Shown in pieces: positions 10,451 through 19,416 of a stretch of DNA of 64,000 bases (position 1 is its first letter; each line of letters starts with the position of its first letter). The stretch is taken from the NCBI GenBank assembly GCA_965372715.1, contig CBDVDH010000011.1, forward strand, positions 1 through 64,000, written 5' to 3'. The notes beneath the pieces were generated by a model. That model was given only the letters and a program-made list of their open reading frames with translations. It ran no database searches and was not told the DNA's origin. Made by a program: the position numbers and the translations under genes. The stretch comes from an uncultured bacterium. GTDB taxonomy: Bacteria; B130-G9.

Positions 10451-10748
10451 GATAGTTCCTCCCGCAAATAGTGCACCATTCCTGGGGTTGCCTGTAACAC
10501 GCTCAATTCCCCCGTCGTGAAGTAATCAGCTGCTTCCTTCAAGGTCAGCGACTTGGTCATTCGTAAAGCCTCTTCTCTGAGGAGAGTACCGCATAATCGG
10601 GGGCTGAGGTCAAGAACGAGTCACCCGTTTCAGCGCCCTTTTCTCGAGGTTGGTGAGTAACGCGGGAGCGGACCGAAGCGGCAGTTGAACTGTGCAGCAT
10701 GCATGGCATTCGACACCACCCCGAGTCGCTCAGCTGCGGCCCTGCTTG

Positions 10749-11036
10749 TCATTTCCAGCGCTTCTGAGCAATGCGCCAGGGATGCAGCGCGACGATGTAG
10801 AAACCGGCTTTTACCGCGGGATCGTTTTGGGCGATCTCGTTTGCCTCGTCCCTCGATTCGACCTCGAAGACCGCCATCCCACCCGCCTTGTCCATGAACG
10901 GGCCGCCCATTACCAGCTTTCTCGCCTCGAAGTTCTTGCGCAGATATGCTATGTGGCGTGAAATGTGCTCCCCGTCCGGGCCTTCTTTGCGCCAGCTCGG
11001 CCCTTTTGAATAGATCACCGCGACGTGCATTTGCAT
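10749..11036 (-). CDS. YciI-family protein
   Basis: H-IAYL, GGPF, GGMAVF and DPAVKAG motifs. GGAGG RBS. Confidence 0.8.
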   Translation of the reverse strand: MQMHVAVIYSKGPSWRKEGPDGEHISRHIAYLRKNFEARKLVMGGPFMDKAGGMAVFEVESRDEANEIAQNDPAVKAGFYIVALHPWRIAQKRWK

Positions 11037-11231
11037 CTCCTCCCGATGTTGTCTTGCGTGAATGATGCTGAAACCAGTATTCTGGCCATAATCTGCCTCG
11101 CCTACAGTAACGCGCAATAATCGGTGTTACAACCTATTGCCTTGCTCCGAATGAATAGATCGCCGACGATGGATCACGCTGAGGGCAATCGTTTGGCCTT
11201 CTGTCAAAGTGTGGTGTCGAGCCACCACCAA

Positions 11232-11263
11232 TGAAATCCGCCGCGCGGCGGACGCACTCCAAA
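11232..11263 (+). repeat. Single REP-like palindrome (same family as 5048 and 34048)
   Basis: TGAAATCCGCCGCGCGGCGGACGCACTCCAAA is identical to 34048-34079. Confidence 0.8.
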
Positions 11264-11462
11264 GGGGCAGCCATCCAGCCTGACGCCTGACAATCTGATT
11301 ACTGGCCCGCTTATGCCTTCTCGTCCGCCCTAGTCCGCCAGACGGCGAACGAAGGAGGATTCGCCCATCTCCCCTGCGGGGGAGACACTTCCGCCACCTT
11401 GCTCTCTTCGTTTCGCCTCGGCTATAATGCCCCTTCGTTTTGAATCAGTGTGAGAGGTAGGA

Positions 11463-12281
11463 ATGAATATACTTCTTGTGAACGACGACGGGATACATGC
11501 AGAGGGCATCGTGCGCCTCGAGGAGTCGCTTTCTGACTTCTGCGACATCTATGTCGTGGCGCCCGAGACTGAGCGGAGCGCGTGTTCTCACAGCATCACG
11601 CTTCGGCGGCCGGTTTTGGCAAAGCAGCTCTTGGAGCGCAAGTTCGCGGTTGACGGCGTGCCGGCAGATTGCGTCAATCTCGCTCTTCTGAAGCTCTTTG
11701 CCGACGTTGATTTCGACCTCGTGCTCTCCGGCGTCAACAACGGCCACAACACCGGCGAGGACGTCAGCTACTCGGGCACCGTGGCCGGCGCGATTGAGGC
11801 CGCGATGCTTGGCAGGCGAGCGATGGCCCTTTCGGTCGGCCATTCTGAGCGTCCCGACTTCGGCCCTGCGTGCGAGTTCACGAGGGATTTCGTGAGGCGC
11901 TTTTCGATGAGCGATCTTCCGCCGATATGTTTCTTGAACATCAACTTTCCGCTCGGCGCCGGGCCGTTTCCGGTTATGGTGACGAGGCAGGGCAGGCTGC
12001 ATTTCGAGAATAGTGTCGTCGAGGTTGAGGACCCTACTTCGTCGGACGGAACGCCGGAGGGCGCCCGGAGGTTCAGGATAGGACGGACAACGGAGCACGA
12101 CCGAGCGGCGGAGGGCACGGACGTTCACGCAGTGTGCAACGGCTTCATCTCGATAACGCCCATGAACGTTGACCTCACTGACGAGCGCGCGCTCAACACG
12201 ACCGAACGGCTTCTGAGGTCTGCGCTCGCCGTTGTGAAAGAGCCTGCATCGAGCACGAAGATAACCGAGAGAATGGGTTAG
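11463..12281 (+). CDS. surE: 5'/3'-nucleotidase SurE
   Basis: [16 protein letters not shown] and [22 protein letters not shown] motifs. Confidence 0.95.
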   Translation: MNILLVNDDGIHAEGIVRLEESLSDFCDIYVVAPETERSACSHSITLRRPVLAKQLLERKFAVDGVPADCVNLALLKLFADVDFDLVLSGVNNGHNTGEDVSYSGTVAGAIEAAMLGRRAMALSVGHSERPDFGPACEFTRDFVRRFSMSDLPPICFLNINFPLGAGPFPVMVTRQGRLHFENSVVEVEDPTSSDGTPEGARRFRIGRTTEHDRAAEGTDVHAVCNGFISITPMNVDLTDERALNTTERLLRSALAVVKEPASSTKITERMG

Positions 12282-12282
12282 G

Positions 12283-12999
12283 GTGACCCGGATGTTCAAA
12301 TGGCTCGCATCGATTCCGCATCAGCTCGTTGAATGGACGATTGCCTGGGCAGATTCCGCCTATAGCGTATGGGCGCTGTTCTTGCTTGCGTTCGCCGAGT
12401 CCAGTTTTTTCCCGATACCGCCCGACGTTCTACTCATCGCAATCGGCATGGCGAAGCCGGAGTCGGCCTTGTGGCTGGCGCTAGTCTGTACCATCGGTTC
12501 CGCCACTGGTGGGATGTTTGGGTTTCTCATTGGTAGGGTCGGCGGGCGGCCGCTGCTTCTGAAGATCTTCAAAGAGAAGAAGGTCAGCGTGGTTGACAGA
12601 TACTTCGAGAAGTATGGCGTAATGGCCGTTGGCGTCGCGGGATTTACGCCCATCCCCTACAAGGTCTTCACGATCTCGGCGGGCGCCTTCAGGATGAATT
12701 TCCCCAAGTTCGTCGTTATCTCGGTGATCAGTCGAGGCGCTAGGTTCTTTCTCGTTGGGCTTGTCCTGATGTTCGTCTGGCCGCTGGTTCGAGACTCACT
12801 GCCGAAGGAACAGCTGATGAGCTATCTCAACTACTTCTCGGTCGCATTCATAATCCTCTTGATCGGCGGCTTCTATTTTGTGAGAGTAATGGGGAAACGT
12901 CACGCTCGAAGGTCCAAAGAGCAGGAGGCCGGGAATGCAGGGGAGGTTGGCGGCCAAGAGGCGGGCCCGGCGGAACCTTCAGGCGGGTCAGGTTCGTAG
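12283..12999 (+). CDS. YqaA/DedA (VTT domain) membrane protein
   Basis: [20 protein letters not shown] and SRGARFF motifs. Confidence 0.9.
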   Translation: MTRMFKWLASIPHQLVEWTIAWADSAYSVWALFLLAFAESSFFPIPPDVLLIAIGMAKPESALWLALVCTIGSATGGMFGFLIGRVGGRPLLLKIFKEKKVSVVDRYFEKYGVMAVGVAGFTPIPYKVFTISAGAFRMNFPKFVVISVISRGARFFLVGLVLMFVWPLVRDSLPKEQLMSYLNYFSVAFIILLIGGFYFVRVMGKRHARRSKEQEAGNAGEVGGQEAGPAEPSGGSGS

Positions 13000-13010
13000 G
13001 TAATAGGCGT

Positions 13011-13088
<78 letters not shown>

Positions 13089-13671
13089 CTATCCAGCGGC
13101 CATTCCGGTGATTCTCACTCTCAAAATCCACCCTTTCCCCCAAATCGGTTAAGTCCAGTTCTTAGCGGTGTTCCCGGATTGCCCTAGTCGCAGCTATAGC
13201 GCATATATAGCACTTTTCCGGAACGCGGTAAAAAGAGGCAGTGCGCGCTGAAAGGGGGTCGTGGAGGAAAATCACTACCTTTGGGAGCACGGCTATACTG
13301 CTATTGAGCCGCCGATACGTAGCGCATATATAGCACTTTTACCGCGAATCCCCCTCGCGCATCCCTCGACCAGGCTAGCCACAACCCCCAGCCGAATCGC
13401 TGGACGCCGTTCCACGCTAGGTCAAGCACACCTAGCGGCAGGGTTATACCCCCGGTTCCGCGCGTGCCTGACCTTTTGACGTAAGCGATCATCCAGGCTC
13501 GAACTCTCCTTCCGGCATATCTTGCTCAAATCCGGTTTCACCCAGGGTCTCGAACTCTGTCTCATCGAAATCGAGACCGTAAGCCCATTCAGGATGAAGT
13601 ATCGAGCCTCCGTAGCCTCGCGTGATTATACAGCTATTCAAACCATATCGTTTGCTTGCGTCACCTTTTGA

Positions 13672-14358
13672 CTAGGCCGTCGGTTTCTTCAGCTCGCGAA
13701 CTTCGACCGGGATTAGCTTTTCCTCCTCACCCGGTTCCTCGTATTCGTATTCTGTGCCGTCAGGAATCGGCGTAGCACCTTCGATTAGCATCGGCTCAAT
13801 CCCATAAGCCGCGCGGTCCTCACGACCCGTCGGTTGACCGCTGTATAGGTCGCAGTAAACAATCCGACCCGTCGGCGGAGGTCCGCCAAACTCTGATTTT
13901 TCCCGACAAATGAGTTGACGAATAATGCCGTCGTCGGGCAAGTGTACCACCTCGTCACGGCCAATCAGCAAAACCTGAGGCGCGCGCATCTCTTGCAGAC
14001 GTGCCTCAATCAGCGCGTCGATCTCGATCTTTGCAGCCGGTTTTCCTTCGGCCCGATCGCCTAGTTCTTTCGCAGCGATTGTATCGCCTTGAAGTGCTTT
14101 GCGGAGCTGCGCCAACATAACCGCATAAGCAAAGTTCTTGTCTGTTTGCAAGTTCTCGACCTTTGTTGTGCCGTCATCTTGCAGTATCTCAACGCTGGCC
14201 TCTTTTGCACTAAGCAAATCACGGGCCGCCTCGCTCAGATACTTCGTTTTCGGGGGTCGGCCCTTCGGGTTACCACTTTGGCCAGGCTTCCACGCGTGTT
14301 CCTTCAAACCAGCAAGTTGCCGCTCACGGGAACTCAGTTTATCGTTCTCTTCAGTCAT
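13672..14358 (-). CDS. Terminase small subunit-like protein (DUF5681-type N-terminal motif)
   Basis: WKPGQSGNPKGRPP and ALQGDTIAAKELGDRAEGKP, followed by a long acidic C-terminal extension. Confidence 0.7.
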   Translation of the reverse strand: MTEENDKLSSRERQLAGLKEHAWKPGQSGNPKGRPPKTKYLSEAARDLLSAKEASVEILQDDGTTKVENLQTDKNFAYAVMLAQLRKALQGDTIAAKELGDRAEGKPAAKIEIDALIEARLQEMRAPQVLLIGRDEVVHLPDDGIIRQLICREKSEFGGPPPTGRIVYCDLYSGQPTGREDRAAYGIEPMLIEGATPIPDGTEYEYEEPGEEEKLIPVEVRELKKPTA

Positions 14359-14606
14359 CCCTTATATCCTTTCTTCAAAAATAGGGCCAGGAGGAAAGAC
14401 CGTAGCCAATCCCCCCAGCCAAAAAACAAGGAGTCACAGTCAAACTCATCTGTCAAACTCAATACATATCGGAGCGTCGCTATACACTCCGAATCGCGTG
14501 CGTTTTGCGATTTTCTATACAGTTGCCGAGCAATGCGATCAAGCGCCTCTTGATCGCCATCTTCCTCAGCTTGCTGGCCTCTCAGAATCAGCTCAATGAG
14601 TTTCAT
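14355..14606 (-). CDS. Hypothetical 83-aa protein translationally coupled to the TerS-like gene
   Basis: GAGGA RBS. Its stop overlaps the terS start (ATGA). Confidence 0.55.
   Translation of the reverse strand: MKLIELILRGQQAEEDGDQEALDRIARQLYRKSQNARDSECIATLRYVLSLTDEFDCDSLFFGWGDWLRSFLLALFLKKGYKG
14377..14420 (-). terminator. Terminator-like hairpin A upstream of terS
   Basis: RNA GGCUGGGGGGA-UUGGCUACGGUCUU-UCCUCCUGGCC followed by CUAUUUUU. Confidence 0.6.
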
Positions 14607-14615
14607 TTATTCCTC

Positions 14616-14661
14616 AAAAAAAGTGGCCGGGGAAAAAGACCGTAGCCAATTCCCCCGACCA
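14616..14661 (-). terminator. Terminator-like hairpin B upstream of the 83-aa ORF
   Basis: RNA UGGUCGGGGGAA-UUGGCUACGGUCUU-UUUCCCCGGCCA followed by CUUUUUUU. A TATAAT lies upstream at 14721-14716. Confidence 0.65.
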
Positions 14662-14757
14662 AAACCAAAGGAATCGAATCAAGGGGCCCTACGCCTTGAT
14701 ACACGCCAAAGCATTATTATACGCTCTCCAACCCACGGAGGTTCGAGAAATGAGAGG

Positions 14758-15591
14758 TCACTTTTTTCCGCCTAGCATACTCCGCAGCGATCGCTTCTTG
14801 CGCGGCGCAGGAGCTACCACTTTGACAATCGGTCGTGTTCGCGCTGCCCGCTCACGGTCACGCTGAGCCGTTTCTGCATCGAAACCAGCAGTTACCGCTT
14901 TGAACTCCGCCGTCCTAGCTTCCCTTTGTGCTCTTGCAACGTCGGACTCAGGCCAAAATATGGACACGACGCTAGGCAATAGTTGCAACGCACTGATGAC
15001 AAGCTCCTGGTCCGGCTGCGCAAGCCCTGCAATTTTCAAGAGGTTGTCTGCAAAAACGACGGGCGCGGTATCCAAACGTAGTTTCTGTTGTAGATAATAC
15101 GCAAGCGCCAGCTCGGGGATACGTTGCCCGCCAACAGCACGATAGCCACCTTCCGCAAGCACTACGATATACGGCGTGTTCCCGTGCCCAAACTTCATGT
15201 TCGTCTTGAGAATGTAGGAGCTATCGTCGAATATCTGCGCGGCTTGCGCCATGTCAGACGCCACGACCTCACCGCCAAGCTGATTCTTGAGCTTCGCAGC
15301 CTGCCACGCGTAGAGGCAGGCAAGCCGTTCGTTGAAAAGTGCCAACTCGGTCAGGCTAAGCCAATCTCTCAAGCGCTCGTCTTTTGCGGCTCCCGAAACG
15401 TCGTATTTGGCCTGGTCCGGCGCGAGCGTCAACCAGCCAGCCACGGAATAGCCATCCTGCGTAATCATGTGTGTCGTGCAAAGGTCCTCAGGAAAACCAA
15501 CATAACCGCCCTTCCGCTTACTGACATCCGCCTCGAGGCCCTCATCCAAAAACTGGATGCGCTGGCGAATGATATGTCCGATCAAGTTCAT
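14758..15591 (-). CDS. Hypothetical protein of the satellite (277 aa, basic C-terminal tail)
   Basis: AGGAGG RBS and ATGA overlap with the upstream ORF. No family recognised. Confidence 0.7.
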   Translation of the reverse strand: MNLIGHIIRQRIQFLDEGLEADVSKRKGGYVGFPEDLCTTHMITQDGYSVAGWLTLAPDQAKYDVSGAAKDERLRDWLSLTELALFNERLACLYAWQAAKLKNQLGGEVVASDMAQAAQIFDDSSYILKTNMKFGHGNTPYIVVLAEGGYRAVGGQRIPELALAYYLQQKLRLDTAPVVFADNLLKIAGLAQPDQELVISALQLLPSVVSIFWPESDVARAQREARTAEFKAVTAGFDAETAQRDRERAARTRPIVKVVAPAPRKKRSLRSMLGGKK

Positions 15592-15788
15592 GCCGGTGCC
15601 TCCTGCATCAATTTTGAGAACCCCTGCGCCGCGCGGTCGATGTCCGAAAGACCGCGACTCTCCTGAATGCGCGTCAACCCTTCCGTGAGCTTCACAATTC
15701 CTGCCTCACAAATCCTCTCAGTGTTGGAATGGCCATACAACGACATTTGCCCGCTCAACGCTATACGCTCCTTCTGTTCCTTTGTCAT
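15588..15788 (-). CDS. Small hypothetical protein (66 aa)
   Basis: AAGGAG RBS before ATG 15788. Coupled to the 277-aa ORF. Confidence 0.6.
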   Translation of the reverse strand: MTKEQKERIALSGQMSLYGHSNTERICEAGIVKLTEGLTRIQESRGLSDIDRAAQGFSKLMQEAPA

Positions 15789-16180
15789 ACTGTTACTCCT
15801 TTGTAACTTGTGTTTCAGCACGTCCCTGGCAGGCGTGCCTTAATCCCAAAATATAGCTTTCAATAAGCGCCTCGGTCCATACCACTTCCTCGTATTTGCG
15901 ATTTCTTTCAATTTATAGCGTCGTGCAACTGCGTTGTTCGTGGCCGAATATCATGCACAAATATGGCCTATTTGCCGACGATTATTAGGCACTTTACCTA
16001 TAACACAAACGCTGACTCTCACATCCCGCTCCAGAAGCCAATCGACGTTCCATTTCTACTTTACACAAGAGCATATTATCAGAACCAACTGCACGCTGCT
16101 ACCCCGGTGCATTGCAGCGTCCCAGTTTTTGGAGGCCATCCGCCTCGCGGGCAAAGTGTTGATTCAGTCATCTCAGCGTT

Positions 16181-16495
16181 GTCGTTACCGTCGTTACCGA
16201 CGTCACCGTCGTCACCAACTTTGCAGCCGTGTGGCTTACTTCCACAGCGTGACGTCACTAACGACACTAGTTTCTCTTATATATATACTTTTGCGCGTAC
16301 ATAACTGTATGTGCATATTTAAGATTCTTCTTTTCTCCAGATTCCCACAGGTCACGTATATATATACACCAGAATATACCGTCGTTACCGTCGTCATCAA
16401 TGTCCTTGTGGCCGTGTAGCCACAGTTTGGCGCGACGGTAGCGCTTTTTTACCGACGTCACTACCGTCGTTACCGACGTCGTTACCGTCGTTGTT
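16181..16495. repeat. Putative replication origin: 9-bp iterons flanking an AT-rich core
   Basis: G(T/A)CGT(T/C)ACC-like units at 16181, 16190, 16199, 16208, 16251, 16381, 16390, 16454, 16466, 16478 and 16487. (TA)n tracts lie in 16270-16380. Confidence 0.75.
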
Positions 16496-18928
16496 GACCC
16501 AGTCAGGTTCCTGTTCAGGTTCCTGTTTACACCAAAGGTGAATCATTCGTTGCTTGCTATGTATCTGTCTGCAATAGACATTGGCGTTCTCCAGTGGCCT
16601 TTGAAGAGCTTTGATATTCTTGACGAGTCGTGCTGCGTCTATAGGCCATGACTTCGGCGGACGTTGCGGGTCAAAGTCGGCATGTCGAGTTAGCACTTGA
16701 TATAGTTCAGTTGGGGACCCTTTGAACTCATGGTTGAACAGTTGGTTTAGGAAGTTGAGTATAGTTGAGGCGAGGATGTTACCTTCCACGATGTCATCGA
16801 GATTGTCGGACGCATTGCTTCTGTATGCTTCGTAGAACTCTGCGTCGTCGTGCCCGAGTGCTCTAGTAACGGCTATGCCCCACCGGGCAGCGTCGGCCAT
16901 CCTATATCGTTCTGTGAGTTTCACGTCGGGATAGATACCGATGGCCTTGCCGATGATGTCGAGCAATGCCCCGAATATGCGCGGCTTGGCTGCCATGAAC
17001 CCGTCCCGGAATGCTTGTTCATCTTCTGGTTGTGTCAGGCGCTCCAGGTGAATAGAGAGGCACCGGTCGAGCAGATCGGGTTGCCTGACGATATTATCGA
17101 TGCCGTTTAAGATAAAAACGGGTTGGAATACGCGCACGATGTCATCGTCGTCCGTGTGCAACTTGCGCTTAGTCTCCCCGGCTCCCGTTATCGCAGAGCT
17201 TATCAGGTCGGATAGATTGACTCTGATATAGGTCAGGTTGTCGAGTATCACGACGCGGTTATGGCAGAGGTAGTGCGTCAGCTTCCCTAAGTCGTAGATG
17301 TCCCGGCAGCTTGGCGATACGGACGGGTCGATGAGTTCACGCAAGGCCCACGCCGCCGATGACTTGCCGCTCCCCTCTGTTCCGTTGAGCACGAGCGCGA
17401 ATGCAGGCCGCTCTGTCAACACGATGCCGCCGACGAGGAATGCCAAGACAAGAAGCCGATGTTTGGCTTCTGTCTCTGCGTCTCCGAGCGACGGCAAGAA
17501 CTGCCAAAGCTCATCGATATGGCCGCCTCGTTCGGGATTGCATTGTTGCCTTTGATGCTTGTATCGTTTGAAGATGGGATGCTCCATTATTTGGAACTCC
17601 CAGCCACTCGGTCTGATCGTTACGGTCTGCCATTTATCGTTGACAAGATCATATCGGACAGTCCGCGATTCGGCTTCGGTCATCGCTCTACAGTGTAGTG
17701 TCCGCTGCCCCTCTGCTATCGCCTCGAGCGCATCACGGACATCGACAACCGTTGAACGGCCTACGGGCCTGTCTGTTGTATGCTGTAGGAACAGCTTGCC
17801 CAGGTCGGCTCTGACGACGGCGCTCCTGACTGGTGCAATCTCAGCGTGAGTAGTCTGTTGGAACTCCGCGTATGTTTCGCCGAACTGGTCATGGAACACG
17901 ACATATCGCTTCTTGGCTAGCCGGAACAGCGCTGTCTTGTCAACGACATGCTCAGGCTTCTCATCCTTTTTGCTTGTCGTGGCTGTCGGCTTTTCGACCT
18001 TCGCGGCAGTGTCCTCCTGCTTTCGGAACCATTGGTCGAGGTCCCCACCGCCGACAACGAAGTCAGTTACGTCGTGGACACCCGTCGGCAATCGGAACAC
18101 CAGCACGTCCGGGAACTGCGCTTGCCACTTTTTGGCCATTGCCTGACCCGGCTCATCGGCGTCAGGTATCAACACGACTCGGTCGAACTGCGTAACGAGG
18201 CCTCTCAATTGCTTGCTGATTTGCTGAGCCGACCCTATCGCCACCGCCGACATTGCGAGCTCCTGAAGGACCAGGCCCGCGTCAAACTCACCCTCACAGA
18301 CACACAAAGTCCGGGGATCACCGGGCAGATAGTAAAGCGTCTTCCGGCTTTCGCCGACCGCCTTGTATCGGTCCTGACTGTCTTTCGGTTTCAGGCGGCG
18401 GATGTTGACTCCTATCACGTCCGCGCCCGTGACCCAGGGAATCGTTATGCCCATGATAGCCTTATTGTTGCCAACAGGTTGATAATCCGTCTTGTTGTAT
18501 CCGAGGCGCATCATCTTGATCGTCTCATCCTTGAGTCCTCGGGCGTGTAGATAGTCGAGCGCCTTTTTGCCCTTGTCGGTCCACAGTTGCGCCTCACAAT
18601 TCTTGACGAAATCAGCGGCGAATGTCATCCAGACGAAGCGTGTTTTTTGGCTTGGGTTCTGTGGTGTCGTCTGAGCTGGCAGCACTTCGCCAAGATATTC
18701 CTTTGCTTCTGGGAAGGTCATCCCGCGTCTCTCTTTCAGATACGCGTAGATGTCACCGTTCTTCTCGCATCGCCGACAAGCCCATCGGTCAGTACCGCTG
18801 TGATTGAGTTGAACCCTGAAGCGGTCTTTACCTCCGCAGAAAGGACACGGCCCATGCCATTCGCCGCCGCCTGCTCCAGAGACTTTAGCGAGTTTTACGT
18901 CTGTGCCTATCAGATCGAGTAGAGTCAT
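16397..18928 (-). CDS. Primase-helicase replication protein (Zn finger + Toprim + P-loop ATPase)
   Basis: CPFCGGKDRF...CRRC zinc finger, CEGEFD and PDADEPG Toprim motifs, Walker A GTEGSGKS and VILDN Walker B. GGAGG RBS before ATG 18928. Confidence 0.88.
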   Translation of the reverse strand: MTLLDLIGTDVKLAKVSGAGGGEWHGPCPFCGGKDRFRVQLNHSGTDRWACRRCEKNGDIYAYLKERRGMTFPEAKEYLGEVLPAQTTPQNPSQKTRFVWMTFAADFVKNCEAQLWTDKGKKALDYLHARGLKDETIKMMRLGYNKTDYQPVGNNKAIMGITIPWVTGADVIGVNIRRLKPKDSQDRYKAVGESRKTLYYLPGDPRTLCVCEGEFDAGLVLQELAMSAVAIGSAQQISKQLRGLVTQFDRVVLIPDADEPGQAMAKKWQAQFPDVLVFRLPTGVHDVTDFVVGGGDLDQWFRKQEDTAAKVEKPTATTSKKDEKPEHVVDKTALFRLAKKRYVVFHDQFGETYAEFQQTTHAEIAPVRSAVVRADLGKLFLQHTTDRPVGRSTVVDVRDALEAIAEGQRTLHCRAMTEAESRTVRYDLVNDKWQTVTIRPSGWEFQIMEHPIFKRYKHQRQQCNPERGGHIDELWQFLPSLGDAETEAKHRLLVLAFLVGGIVLTERPAFALVLNGTEGSGKSSAAWALRELIDPSVSPSCRDIYDLGKLTHYLCHNRVVILDNLTYIRVNLSDLISSAITGAGETKRKLHTDDDDIVRVFQPVFILNGIDNIVRQPDLLDRCLSIHLERLTQPEDEQAFRDGFMAAKPRIFGALLDIIGKAIGIYPDVKLTERYRMADAARWGIAVTRALGHDDAEFYEAYRSNASDNLDDIVEGNILASTILNFLNQLFNHEFKGSPTELYQVLTRHADFDPQRPPKSWPIDAARLVKNIKALQRPLENANVYCRQIHSKQRMIHLWCKQEPEQEPDWVNNDGNDVGNDGSDVGKKALPSRQTVATRPQGH

Positions 18929-19083
18929 AGTGCAACCTCCCGGTCTAGTGGCGCGGCCTTGCAAAATAGGACTTGACATTGGGGATCGAAGGAGCGTATT
19001 GTTGACTTGATGGTTTTCACGTCTTCGGCCTTTTCCCGGTAGCACGGGGCGGGCCGAGGACGTTTTGCTTTTTGTCTAGTCAT
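18925..19083 (-). CDS. Putative 52-aa leader ORF coupled to the primase gene
   Basis: MTRQKAKRPRPAPCYREKAEDVKTIKSTIRSFDPQCQVLFCKAAPLDREVAL*. Starts 4 nt after the xis stop, and its TGA overlaps the primase ATG. Confidence 0.5.
   Translation of the reverse strand: MTRQKAKRPRPAPCYREKAEDVKTIKSTIRSFDPQCQVLFCKAAPLDREVAL
18973..19002 (+). promoter_or_regulatory. sigma70-like promoter antisense to the primase leader
   Basis: TTGACA (18973-18978), 18-nt spacer, TATTGT (18997-19002). Confidence 0.6.
19009..19073 (+). ncRNA. Candidate ~65-nt antisense (countertranscript) RNA
   Basis: Follows the promoter. Hairpin ACGUCUUCGGCC...CCCG-GUAGCA-CGGG...GGCCGAGGACGU has a G-U pair valid only on +, then UUUGCUUUUU. 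Confidence 0.5.
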
Positions 19084-19087
19084 TGCA

Positions 19088-19288
19088 CTATCGCCCGGCG
19101 TGCAGTTCGACCGGCTGTCGCTCTTGTTCCTCTAGCCATTTCTGAATGGCTTTGGGTCGAAAACCGAGCTTGCGCCCCCCGCCAATCTTAATGTGCGGGA
19201 TTCGACGCTGCGAGGTCATCTCGTAAATCGTGCAAACCTGCACTCCAAGCACGTCCGCGACCTCTTGACTATTCAGTAGTTTGTCCAT
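19088..19288 (-). CDS. Excisionase/AlpA-like HTH DNA-binding protein
   Basis: LLNSQEVADVLGV..TIY....RIPHIKIG....F....I..WL. GGAGG RBS. Divergent from the integrase. Confidence 0.88.
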   Translation of the reverse strand: MDKLLNSQEVADVLGVQVCTIYEMTSQRRIPHIKIGGGRKLGFRPKAIQKWLEEQERQPVELHAGR

Positions 19289-19416
19289 TTCCAACCTCCA
19301 CAAACAAGTTTGATTGAAAGTCATCTTGAAAACTCTTGCTTCAGAGTAACAAACTGTCTTATACTGGTCTTAAATGTGTAAAGAAGCAGTGTTCGCATAG
19401 GCTGGAGCGTCGCTAA

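Noticed and set aside
14377-16495. Repeats read as a CRISPR array
   Set aside because: Only two long repeats 240 bp apart, plus 9-bp tandem units. No regular spacers and no cas genes.
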